A stretch of DNA of 64,000 nucleotides from an uncultured Acidobacteriaceae bacterium (GTDB taxonomy: Bacteria > Acidobacteriota > Terriglobia > Terriglobales > Acidobacteriaceae): positions 603,146 to 667,145 of the forward strand of contig CAVQHS010000009.1 in the NCBI GenBank assembly GCA_963712385.1. Direction: 5' to 3'. The position numbers and the translations under genes are program-made. Position 1 is the stretch's first letter. Each line of letters starts with the position of its first letter. A model generated the notes under the pieces. It was not told the DNA's origin, did no database searches, and saw only the letters and a list, made by a program, of their open reading frames with translations. Shown here piece by piece: positions 56,283-64,000 of this stretch.

Positions 56283-56298
56283 TGGTCTCGCTCGTGCT
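56283..56298 (+). promoter_or_regulatory. Weak candidate sigma-54 promoter
   Basis: TGGTCTCGCTCGTGCT has the correct GG-N10-GC spacing but a poorer -24/-12 context than the site at 49865. It lies 110 nt upstream of the TTG 56408 start. Confidence 0.3.
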
Positions 56299-56407
56299 CT
56301 ATCTCCCGGCATAACCGCGTGTTTCGGCTCCCCAACGCTCTTCCTAACCGGGAAGAGGGGGAGCCCAACTCGCATGTTGGACGAGAAGTAGGAACGAGGA
56401 ATTTGTC

Positions 56408-56776
56408 TTGGGGCAGATCGGGTCAGCAAAGGCGCGGGCAAAACAGGACAGCGTGGTTGCTGACCTCGCTCGTTTTTTTCCCGAAGCTGCGCCCGTCCGG
56501 ATTCCCGTGCAGCTTACGCGTAAGAGTGGCACAAACGAAGGTCAGCCGGGCAACCTCGGACTTCCGGAAAATACCGTCATCGAATTCGGCACCCCGCGCG
56601 AAGTTCTTTTTGCCTGCAAAACCCCTCTCGAATTCGCCGATGTGCTGCGCCTGCGCAACTCCGATGGCTCTCTCGATACCGAAGCCTCCGTGGTCGCGCT
56701 GCAATATCGCCCCGATGCGACGATTGTGGCCGCCCGCTTTCTCAGCTCAGTTCCCAACTGGATCGTGAAATCATGA
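56408..56776 (+). CDS. Small hypothetical protein (122 aa), first gene of a four-gene operon
   Basis: TTG start preceded by gaggaa. Beta-strand-rich text (VRIPVQLTRK...TVIEFGTPREVLFACKTPLEFADVLRLRNSDGSLDTEASVVALQY). The stop overlaps the next ATG (ATGA). Confidence 0.5.
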   Translation: MGQIGSAKARAKQDSVVADLARFFPEAAPVRIPVQLTRKSGTNEGQPGNLGLPENTVIEFGTPREVLFACKTPLEFADVLRLRNSDGSLDTEASVVALQYRPDATIVAARFLSSVPNWIVKS

Positions 56777-57915
56777 CACCTTCTACTCAACCGGCATCCT
56801 CAGCTCCGGATTTTGCGGCGCTTTGGGCCAACGCCCGCCAGCTTCATCCCATTTACCTCGAGCTGGCACGCGAATTCGTGATTGACATGCCCGTCTGTCC
56901 GGCTCTCAACGAACCGCTGGATGCGCCCGATCAGGAAACCGTGCAGCAGGCGCAGCAATGGCTGCATGACATGGATGACCGCATTCAGGTTCACCAGTTG
57001 CGCCAGTTCCTGCAGACCAGTTCAATCGTGAATCCAGCCGGACTCGCGGCGCTCATCCAGCATTATTTATCCAAGCCAACGCACACCGATTCTTCCCGCG
57101 ACAAGATCGACTTTCTCCTCGTGCAATATTTCAGCCAGAAGGCCCCGACGGAACTCGATGACGACGGAGCGGACTTGGCCTATGTCGCCGGGGAATTGGA
57201 GCCGCTGCTGGGCAGCATCGAGTTAAAAGCACCTGTCTGGCTGAATGCGCTGGATCGCGTTTTGGAAGCGGCGCGCCGTTGCCAGTCGCTTGACGAGTTG
57301 TTGCATGGCGGCGTGCTGGAACAGGGCCGCAAGGCGAAAGCGCAAGCCGGAGAGCTGTTCTACATGCCGATCGCGCTGATCGCATTCACCCGCTTCGGCT
57401 ACCTCATGCGGCGCGCGTTCTTCCGCCTGATGCTTACCGATTTGAACAATATTCTCGACGGCCTCACGAAACTCGAGGAACGTGGAGTAGAAACCATCGA
57501 TTGCCGCCGAGCGCAGTTTTCCGCGCAGGAACCGATTGTGCGCCTGCGGATGATCTGCCATTCCTGGAAAGTGATGTTCCAGGCGGAATATTCGTCTGGG
57601 CAGCCGTTGCGCATGTTGGTCGACTTGCGGGCCGCGGTCGATGCAGCGTTGGGCAGCGATTCGGCAGAAGAGGACGAAAAAGCTCTGGAGCGCAGTGCGG
57701 CGGCCAAAGCAGTTTCTGCGGTGCCCGCCAAGCCTCGCGCCGCGGCCGCCGCTGCCAGCGCCGGCCGCACAATCAAAGCGACTGCGCCCCAGAAGAGTGC
57801 TCCCTCCAAAGCCAATTCCGGTGCGGCGAATGACGATGCTCCCGAATTTGACGTTTCCGCTGCGCCCGCGGAGTGGAGTGTAGACGAGGAGCCGCAGCCG
57901 AAAAAGAAGCGGTAA
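56773..57915 (+). CDS. Hypothetical protein (380 aa) with an Ala/Pro-rich acidic-basic C-terminal tail
   Basis: A clean helical ~300-aa body is followed by the low-complexity AAKAVSAVPAKPRAAAAAASAG...EEPQPKKKR. No family recognised. Confidence 0.55.
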   Translation: MTPSTQPASSAPDFAALWANARQLHPIYLELAREFVIDMPVCPALNEPLDAPDQETVQQAQQWLHDMDDRIQVHQLRQFLQTSSIVNPAGLAALIQHYLSKPTHTDSSRDKIDFLLVQYFSQKAPTELDDDGADLAYVAGELEPLLGSIELKAPVWLNALDRVLEAARRCQSLDELLHGGVLEQGRKAKAQAGELFYMPIALIAFTRFGYLMRRAFFRLMLTDLNNILDGLTKLEERGVETIDCRRAQFSAQEPIVRLRMICHSWKVMFQAEYSSGQPLRMLVDLRAAVDAALGSDSAEEDEKALERSAAAKAVSAVPAKPRAAAAAASAGRTIKATAPQKSAPSKANSGAANDDAPEFDVSAAPAEWSVDEEPQPKKKR

Positions 57916-57978
57916 GACAGAACTTATTACTAGTCGTTTCCATCATGAGCAGTGAGAGTTCGCGAAAGTTGCGAAACC

Positions 57979-58680
57979 ATGAACAAGGATCACGCAGTGG
58001 AACATCCGACCGTACTCATAATTTCCGATGAAGTCGAATTTTCCCGCAGTGTAACTGCGCGCTGGCAAGCCGAGCGCAGCGCGCCCACATTCACGGTGAT
58101 GAGCGGCGATCTTTGGCCGCGCACAGTCGAGAATTTCGAGGTCGCGATTGCCGGCCCATTGCGCCGGGAACTGCTTTCGCCAATCCTCGAACCCCTACAC
58201 TCAACTTTGCAGCCGGTTTTCTGTGTTTGCCCCGACGCGCCCACGGCGCAGTTGGTGCGCTCTCGGTGGCCGAGGATTTCCGTCTTGCGCCGCGACGAAA
58301 ACTGGCTGGACGCATTAATTTTCGCCGCCAGCGAAGCCGTTTACCGTTCCCAGGCTGAGGCGCGCGCCCGTGCCGCCGAACAGAATTGCGCCACGCTCGA
58401 GCGCCAGGCGATGTTGGGACGTTACATGCTGGAAATGCGGCACGGTCTGAACAACGCCCTCACCTCGCTGCTGGGCAATTCCGATCTGCTTCTGATCGAG
58501 CCGGGCAGCTTGTCAGCCCAGGCCCGCAGTCAGATCGAAACCATCCGCAATATGACGTTACGCATCCACGAAGTGATGCAACGCTTCTCTTCTCTCGAAA
58601 AGGAGATGAACGTGGTCGCGCAGCAGTTGGAACGGGATTCAGGCAAGATCCGGGTCGCCGCGGCGGCAGGGGCTGATTGA
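57979..58680 (+). CDS. Pseudo-receiver plus HisKA-like (DHp) domain protein lacking an ATPase domain
   Basis: ATG 57979. The receiver-like N-terminus (TVLIISDEVEFSRS...) has VAIAG where the phospho-Asp motif is expected. The H-box-like LEMRHGLNNALTSLLGNSDLLL is followed by a second helix, and the protein then ends. Confidence 0.6.
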   Translation: MNKDHAVEHPTVLIISDEVEFSRSVTARWQAERSAPTFTVMSGDLWPRTVENFEVAIAGPLRRELLSPILEPLHSTLQPVFCVCPDAPTAQLVRSRWPRISVLRRDENWLDALIFAASEAVYRSQAEARARAAEQNCATLERQAMLGRYMLEMRHGLNNALTSLLGNSDLLLIEPGSLSAQARSQIETIRNMTLRIHEVMQRFSSLEKEMNVVAQQLERDSGKIRVAAAAGAD

Positions 58681-58788
58681 GGAAAGAAGGTTCTCACACG
58701 GGGAAGTCGGCAGGAAGAATTCATTCTCTAGCAGAATTCGCCGATCTGTAAGTGATGGAAGTGCGAGTCGGTTGGATTGGGCAAAGCT

Positions 58789-59859
58789 ATGCATAGGTTA
58801 ATAGCGACCAGCACCATTCTGGAGCACGAAGTCTCCGAGTTGCGGCTTTTGACCGAGCGGCAGATCGGAGTGGTCCTCGATTGCCCGAACAGCGCTCTCG
58901 CTGCGCGGGTCGCCGATTTCCTGGAAGCCCACGAGTTGCCTTCCGTCGCAGCTCTTCTGGAACGCCTGAAATCTTCCGAGTCGGATGCTTCCGCGCTTCC
59001 CGACGTCCTCGACGGTCTGCTGAACAACAATACCGGCTTCTATCGTCACTCGAACGCACTCAACGCACTAACCCGGCAAGCGCTGCCACAGCTATGGGCC
59101 CGCAAGTCGGCGGATGGTCCAGCTCCCATTCGCATCTGGAGCGCGGGTTGTGGTTCGGGGGAAGAGACCTACTCCATCGCCATGGCCGTCTGCGAGGCGG
59201 TGAATCCTGCGAATATAAGCGCTGCCTTCACCAGTACGAGTAGCGCCGGCAAAGCGAGCCCCCGCAATGGAGGCATCGCAGAAAACTCGCAAGGCACAGC
59301 TTCGCAAACGGTGAAGGGAACCCCCGCATGTTCCGTGCACATCGTAGGCAGCGATCTGCTCCCTTCGAACATAGATGTAGCCGATCGCGGAGTTTATCCG
59401 CAATCGTCGCTCGATGGCTTGTCGCCGGCGATCATCCGTAATTATTTCTCGAAAATCAGCTCACCCACGGCCGCAGTCATGGAAGCCCAACCCGACCTGG
59501 ACAACGAGCGAACCTCGCCTTCGTCCTCCGCGGAAACCCGGCGTCCGTCTACCGCTCATCTTTTAGTGAAACCGCGCCTGCGCAGCCTGGTCACTTTCAA
59601 CTGCATGAACCTCGCACGCCCCGGCTATATCGGCCGCTTCGACTGCATCTTCTGCATGGATGTTCTGCCACACTTTTCGCGCGCCCAGCGCTTGGCGCTT
59701 CTGGAACGCCTGCACTTGTATCTCGAGCCTGGCGGTTATCTGTTCTTAAGTCAGACGGAGAAGTTGGTGGCGCCAAACCTGAACTTCCGTTCCGAGAGTT
59801 TCGATGGCTACACCTACCATCGCAAGCCGCTGGCCGCGAGCGCGGCGTACGGAAGATAG
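58789..59859 (+). CDS. CheR-family SAM-dependent methyltransferase with low-complexity insertions
   Basis: NNTGFYRHSNALNAL, IRIWSAGCGSGEETYSIAMAV, FDCIFCMDVLPHF, LEPGGYLFL. Two Ser/Ala/Thr/Pro-rich inserts are present. ATG 58789 (a TTG lies at 58777). Confidence 0.75.
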   Translation: MHRLIATSTILEHEVSELRLLTERQIGVVLDCPNSALAARVADFLEAHELPSVAALLERLKSSESDASALPDVLDGLLNNNTGFYRHSNALNALTRQALPQLWARKSADGPAPIRIWSAGCGSGEETYSIAMAVCEAVNPANISAAFTSTSSAGKASPRNGGIAENSQGTASQTVKGTPACSVHIVGSDLLPSNIDVADRGVYPQSSLDGLSPAIIRNYFSKISSPTAAVMEAQPDLDNERTSPSSSAETRRPSTAHLLVKPRLRSLVTFNCMNLARPGYIGRFDCIFCMDVLPHFSRAQRLALLERLHLYLEPGGYLFLSQTEKLVAPNLNFRSESFDGYTYHRKPLAASAAYGR

Positions 59860-59890
59860 GTAGCGCTATAGCAGCAACACCCATCGGCGT

Positions 59891-60634
59891 TCACGCGCTG
59901 AACTTTTCCAGCATCCCCGCCGTCACCAGTTTCTTCTCAATATGCCGCTGCAAAATCTGCATCAGCAACTTGCGCAGATCGGCTCCCTGCGCCCTCGGCC
60001 AAGTGACCCCAGCAAAACTTTCCACTGGAGCCCGGAACATCTGCCCTGCCAGCGCACGTGACTCGCTCGAAATCTCCGACGACGCCAGCCGCTTATCATC
60101 CGCGCACATCAATCCATCGGCGAGCGCGTGAAAGTATGCACGGCTGCCGTTTAAACTTCTGCCGCATACAACACACTCTGTCAGTTCAGGCAGGAAGCCC
60201 ACCAGCCGCGTGAGCCACAAATCAAAATAGGTGACCGGCATCCATATTTCATCCCCAGTCAGCGCCTGAAGCACGGAGAGCGTCAGGCGAAAAATGGCAT
60301 CGTTCGCTTCGTGGTCGGGCAAGAGTTCATCCAATAATTCAGCCAGATGAGCTAGTCCAACCGCTCTGGCATAACCAATTTCGCTTGTCAGCGGAGAATC
60401 GAGCACCTCGCACGAATCCAGGCGCGCAAGCTCTTGCCGCTCGCGCACGTCGTAGAACGCGCGCACGTGAGTCATCGGTTCGAGCGCTCCGCCAAATCTC
60501 CGCTTCGATTTTTTCGCGGACCGTGCCACCCCGTGCACTTTCCCTTCTTCGCGCGTAAATAGCGTGACCAGCAGATCCGCCTCGCGCAAAGGATAGGTGC
60601 GCAGAATAATCGCTTCCGACTCCCGCAGTGCCAT
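59891..60634 (-). CDS. recO: DNA repair protein RecO
   Basis: ATG 60634 opens MALRESEAIILRTYPLREADLLVTLFTREEGKVHGVARSAKKSKRRFGGALEP. Zinc-finger-like CVVCGRSLNG...CADD. Confidence 0.85.
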   Translation of the reverse strand: MALRESEAIILRTYPLREADLLVTLFTREEGKVHGVARSAKKSKRRFGGALEPMTHVRAFYDVRERQELARLDSCEVLDSPLTSEIGYARAVGLAHLAELLDELLPDHEANDAIFRLTLSVLQALTGDEIWMPVTYFDLWLTRLVGFLPELTECVVCGRSLNGSRAYFHALADGLMCADDKRLASSEISSESRALAGQMFRAPVESFAGVTWPRAQGADLRKLLMQILQRHIEKKLVTAGMLEKFSA

Positions 60635-60733
60635 GCAAGTTGAATATATGGAGGGACGAGCCAAAACGCCACTCGCGAATGACTAGGGGCGAGGGGCGTG
60701 GAAATAACCTGTCTCTTTGACTCAGTCGTGCTT

Positions 60734-60812
60734 CTTCCGGTTTCTCGTTCCGTGTTTCCAACTTCCGGATTCGAGCCGGGAAACTCGAAACCTGGAACCG
60801 GAAACAGAACGA
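60734..60812. repeat. GTTTC/GAAAC heptamer-periodic inverted-repeat element
   Basis: Left arm cttccgg|tttctcg|ttccgtg|tttccaa|cttccgg, spacer attcgagcc, right arm gggaaac|tcgaaac|ctggaac|cggaaac|agaacga. Lies just 3' of acs. Confidence 0.6.
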
Positions 60813-60872
60813 CTCTGGTTTCGCTCCAGCGAGGTAGTCGGTGCTGCGCTGAAGCGCCGCTCTTGCACGCCC

Positions 60873-62783
60873 TCAACCTTCCATCGTGGAGACATCTCCG
60901 GCGTCAACCCCTGCTTCCTTGGCCTTAAGAAAACGTCGCAGGATTTTTCCCGATCGCGTCTTCGGCAAGGAAGCTACAAATTCCAGCGCCGAAGGCGTGG
61001 CAATCGGGCCCAACTCCCGCCGCACATGTTCGATCAATGCCGCCGCCAGCGCATCCGAAGCAACATGATCCGCCCGGACCTGCACGAACGCTTTGATGGT
61101 CTCACCCTTCAGCGCATCCGGAACGCCGATCGCGGCGGCTTCCGCCACGGCGGGATGCGACACCAGCGCGCTCTCCACCTCAGCTGTACCAATGCGGTGT
61201 CCGGCCACATTGAGCACATCATCGTAGCGCCCAAGGACGGCGATGTATCCATCTTTATCTTTCATGGCAACATCGCCGGTCACATAGCAGCCGGGAATCA
61301 ACTGCCAATCGCGTTCGTAGCGCGCAGGGTCGCGCCACACCGTGCGCAGCATGTGCGGAAATGGCCGTTTGAGCACCAAGCGCCCGCCCACTCCCGGCGG
61401 CGCTGACTTTCCGTTCTCATCCAGAACATCCGCTTCCGCCCCAGGCACGGCCACGCCAACTTTCCCGGGACGCATCGCCATCGAAGGCGGAGTTGCGAGC
61501 GCAGGTCCGCCCAACTCTGTCTGCCACCAGTTGTCGATCACATATCCCCATCGGCCGTCGCCGCCCAAATGCGTCTGCGCCCAGCGCCACGCTTCGGGAT
61601 TCAGCGGTTCTCCCGCGCATGCAATCACGCGCAGGCTGCTGAGATCATGCGCGGCTGGATAACTTGCTCCGTAACGCATGAACATGCGCAGCGCCGTAGG
61701 CGCGGTAAACATTTTCGTCACGCCATAGCGCTCGACGATTTCCCACGCGACTCCAGGATTCGGATAATCGATCGCGCCTTCGCGAAACAGCGTAGTCACG
61801 CCCGCGCACAGCGGCGCGTACACAATATAGGAATGTCCCACGACCCAGCCGATATCCGAGGTGCACCAGAAAATATCGCGTGGGCCGACGTCGTAATAAT
61901 TCTCCAGGTGATAAGTCGTGCCGACCATGTAGCCGCCGTGTACATGCAGGACGCCCTTGGGCTTACCGGTCGAACCCGAGGTATAAAGCAAGAACAGTGG
62001 ATCGTCCGCTTCCATTTCCACCGCGGGACAATCGGACGGAAACTTCAGCAATTCGTTGAAATCGATTTCGCGCGGAGCCACCAGTTCGGCGCCACTTCGC
62101 GAATACACCACAATTTTCTGCACACATTCGAGGTTGTCCACGGCTTCATCGACAATCGCTTTGAGCGCGACGGTTTTTCCGCGCCGGAACCCCACGTCAC
62201 CCGCAATCACAATCTTCGCTTCTGCATCGATGATGCGGTCGCGCAGTGCCGTGTGGCCAAGCCCGGCATAAACCACGGAGTGAATCGCGCCCAATCGCGC
62301 GCAAGCCAGCATCGCCACCACGCCTTCAATCGTCAAAGGCATATAAATAATGATGCGGTCACCTTTTACCACGCCTAGAGATTTCAATCCATTCGCAAAG
62401 CGGCAAGCCATGCGATGCAATTGCCCGTAGGTAACAATGCGCTCGCTGCCGTCTTCGCCGAGCCAGATGAAGGCAGCGCGGTTCCGCCGGTCCGAATTGG
62501 CGTGCCGGTCGAGAGCATTAATCGTGATATTCGTCTTCGCGCCCGTAAACCAGCGATGATGAACTCCATCCCACTCGAGCACGCGATCCCATTTGCGCGA
62601 CCACTCAAAGCCCGAAGCATACGCGCCCCAGAACGCCTCCGGATCCTTCTGCGCTCGTGCGCACTCGCCCAGCCAGTCTTTTTGAATAGTGTTGCGGGCA
62701 ACGATTTCCGGTGCAGGATATTCCTCATCCATGGACAGCAAGTTGGAAATGTTTTCAATTTTGTCGGCGGTAAGAGGGCTCAC
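60873..62783 (-). CDS. acs: Acetyl-CoA synthetase (AMP-forming acetate-CoA ligase family)
   Basis: 636 aa. WFTGAKTNITINALDRH, AMP motif LLYTSGSTGKPKGV, WWQTELGG, and C-terminal LPKTRSGKILRR. The start is GTG 62783 or ATG 62732. Confidence 0.85.
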   Translation of the reverse strand: MSPLTADKIENISNLLSMDEEYPAPEIVARNTIQKDWLGECARAQKDPEAFWGAYASGFEWSRKWDRVLEWDGVHHRWFTGAKTNITINALDRHANSDRRNRAAFIWLGEDGSERIVTYGQLHRMACRFANGLKSLGVVKGDRIIIYMPLTIEGVVAMLACARLGAIHSVVYAGLGHTALRDRIIDAEAKIVIAGDVGFRRGKTVALKAIVDEAVDNLECVQKIVVYSRSGAELVAPREIDFNELLKFPSDCPAVEMEADDPLFLLYTSGSTGKPKGVLHVHGGYMVGTTYHLENYYDVGPRDIFWCTSDIGWVVGHSYIVYAPLCAGVTTLFREGAIDYPNPGVAWEIVERYGVTKMFTAPTALRMFMRYGASYPAAHDLSSLRVIACAGEPLNPEAWRWAQTHLGGDGRWGYVIDNWWQTELGGPALATPPSMAMRPGKVGVAVPGAEADVLDENGKSAPPGVGGRLVLKRPFPHMLRTVWRDPARYERDWQLIPGCYVTGDVAMKDKDGYIAVLGRYDDVLNVAGHRIGTAEVESALVSHPAVAEAAAIGVPDALKGETIKAFVQVRADHVASDALAAALIEHVRRELGPIATPSALEFVASLPKTRSGKILRRFLKAKEAGVDAGDVSTMEG

Positions 62784-62890
62784 GTGGACCTCCCAGGAAT
62801 GCGGCGAGATGTTAACAGAATAGAGGGATTCTGCGCTGGATCGAATGCACGGGCAGTGACGCAGATCACAGGCGCGTGTGCGGTGCAGAA

Positions 62891-62950
62891 GGTTTCGAGT
62901 TTCGTGTTTCTAGTTTCCAGTTCTTGACCGGAAACCAGAAACTGGAACTC
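62891..62950. repeat. GTTTC/GAAAC heptamer-periodic hairpin element
   Basis: ggtttcg|agtttcg|tgtttct|agtttcc|agttctt then ggaaacc|agaaact|ggaactc. 62906..62918 pairs with 62930..62942 at 12/13. The 13-mer ggtttcgagtttc is the exact reverse complement of 60780..60792. Confidence 0.6.
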
Positions 62951-64000
62951 ACTGCGTCCTAGCCGATGCTTTAGCAGCGTTATCCGGCTGGAATCCGATC
63001 TTGTCCAGCATCGGCTGAATCTCCGGATTCGACATGAACAATTTCCAAACCAGGCCGGAGCGGTAATTTTCCACCATCACAACAATCGGCGCCTGATCCA
63101 GCCCCATGTAGACCGGCGAGAACCAGTTCCGTCCAAGATTGAAAGCATCTCGCGGACCGTAAACTCCCCACAGTCGGTCTCCCAGCGTGCGATAGAAAAA
63201 TTTCAGCGCCGCCATGGAAGCTTCCGGAGTGTAGGGAAACGACGCGAGTGCTCCGGTGGGCGTGATCGTTCCGTTGTCGCTCGAGACATCGGGCGCATGT
63301 GCCAGGTATCCCAACTGATCATCACTGGCGGTCAATCCCCAGTCATCAGCGCCATAACCCTGAAAGTGTCCCGGGTTTGCTTCGCAATACTTCAAGTCGA
63401 TCAATGCCATATCGCGATTGTTATCGAAATAATCGGTATAGCGGTCGTGAATTCCCCGAGGGTCGAAGCCCATGAACGAGTACTGCGTGAAGAACAACGG
63501 CCCGCCCGTCCCCGATCCCACATCCAGCTTGACGCCATAATAAGTGTGGCCGTTGAGGTAGCGATCTCCCTCCGTCGATCCGGACCATCCGTTGCGATAG
63601 GTGATCGCCGCCTCCGACTGCCCCGCCCAGCCTGTGTAGTACAAACTCGCAGGTATGGGATGCGTAGGCGAAGCGATCGCCAATAGGTAAGTGATCATCG
63701 TCTCGTTGAATCCAGTGAGCCGGTGATCGATGAACCATGACCATTGCGGCGACCAATGCCAGAGCAGCGAGTCGCTCTGCGCAGTGCGCCGATACCAATC
63801 CCACTCCACTGTTTCCCACAAATGAGTGATTCTCTCGTAAATGCTCGTCTCGGCCTCGCTCGGCCCCTTGAAATACTGCCGCGCGGCCAGCAAGCCTTCC
63901 ATCAGAAATGAGGTTTCCACCAGATCACCGCCGTTGTCGTACATGCCGAACACCAGCATGGTCTGCGCCGTTTCGCCATTCAGGAAGTGCGACCAGGCGC
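62949..64000 (-). CDS. Putative glucoamylase-family / GH144-like beta-1,2-glucanase, 5'-partial (continues past the window end)
   Basis: The frame is open to nt 64000 (...[43 protein letters not shown]...). Trp/Tyr-rich (alpha/alpha)6-like text. The family assignment is from memory only. Confidence 0.6.
   Translation of the reverse strand, partial: AWSHFLNGETAQTMLVFGMYDNGGDLVETSFLMEGLLAARQYFKGPSEAETSIYERITHLWETVEWDWYRRTAQSDSLLWHWSPQWSWFIDHRLTGFNETMITYLLAIASPTHPIPASLYYTGWAGQSEAAITYRNGWSGSTEGDRYLNGHTYYGVKLDVGSGTGGPLFFTQYSFMGFDPRGIHDRYTDYFDNNRDMALIDLKYCEANPGHFQGYGADDWGLTASDDQLGYLAHAPDVSSDNGTITPTGALASFPYTPEASMAALKFFYRTLGDRLWGVYGPRDAFNLGRNWFSPVYMGLDQAPIVVMVENYRSGLVWKLFMSNPEIQPMLDKIGFQPDNAAKASARTQ

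Noticed and set aside
56408-56776. Calling the 122-aa protein a PilZ c-di-GMP receptor
   Set aside because: It has a beta-rich PilZ-like feel, but I cannot find the RxxxR and (D/N)xSxxG motifs in the translation. It is left as hypothetical.

Overview
64-kb chromosomal window, roughly 58-60% GC by eye. Gene content and intergenic repeat families look like a soil Acidobacteriota (Terriglobia-like) genome; this is inference only. I support about 55 protein genes, three decayed genes, one tRNA-Gly(GCC) and several repeat or regulatory sites. I saw no rRNA, CRISPR array, transposase, integrase or phage genes. Housekeeping content: topA, dprA, recO, acs, bioY, futalosine-pathway menaquinone genes (mqnA, mqnC, an MqnA/MqnD-family gene), an M24 Xaa-Pro aminopeptidase, MlaEF, a GT2 glycosyltransferase and a partial GH144-like glucanase. 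More than half of the window is signal transduction: six histidine kinases, about nine receiver domains, two sigma-54 enhancer-binding proteins and an HD-GYP protein. Main leads: (1) A 1292-aa six-PAS histidine kinase has an N-terminal membrane domain resembling the plant ETR1 ethylene/Cu(I)-binding domain, including the Cys-x3-His pair. It heads a six-gene, translationally coupled kinase/receiver cascade with no output domain. (2) An eight-gene chemosensory operon (TonB-C-only protein, MCP, cheW, cheR, cheA, cheB, cheY, cheX) sits behind a well-spaced sigma-54 promoter. It diverges from a GAF/PAS-kinase, receiver and sigma-54-activator operon. (3) A TGAGACG motif recurs upstream of the che promoter and as a perfect palindrome upstream of a downstream four-gene operon. 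That operon encodes a small protein, an unknown 380-aa protein, a pseudo-receiver plus DHp-only protein and a second CheR-like methyltransferase, suggesting one regulon. (4) Short degenerate 7- or 8-nt periodic word arrays, arranged as inverted repeats, lie just 3' of several genes. (5) Frameshift decay is concentrated in the first 2.4 kb, with one more frameshift in rmuC. All calls come from reading the sequence and ORF translations; no searches were run.
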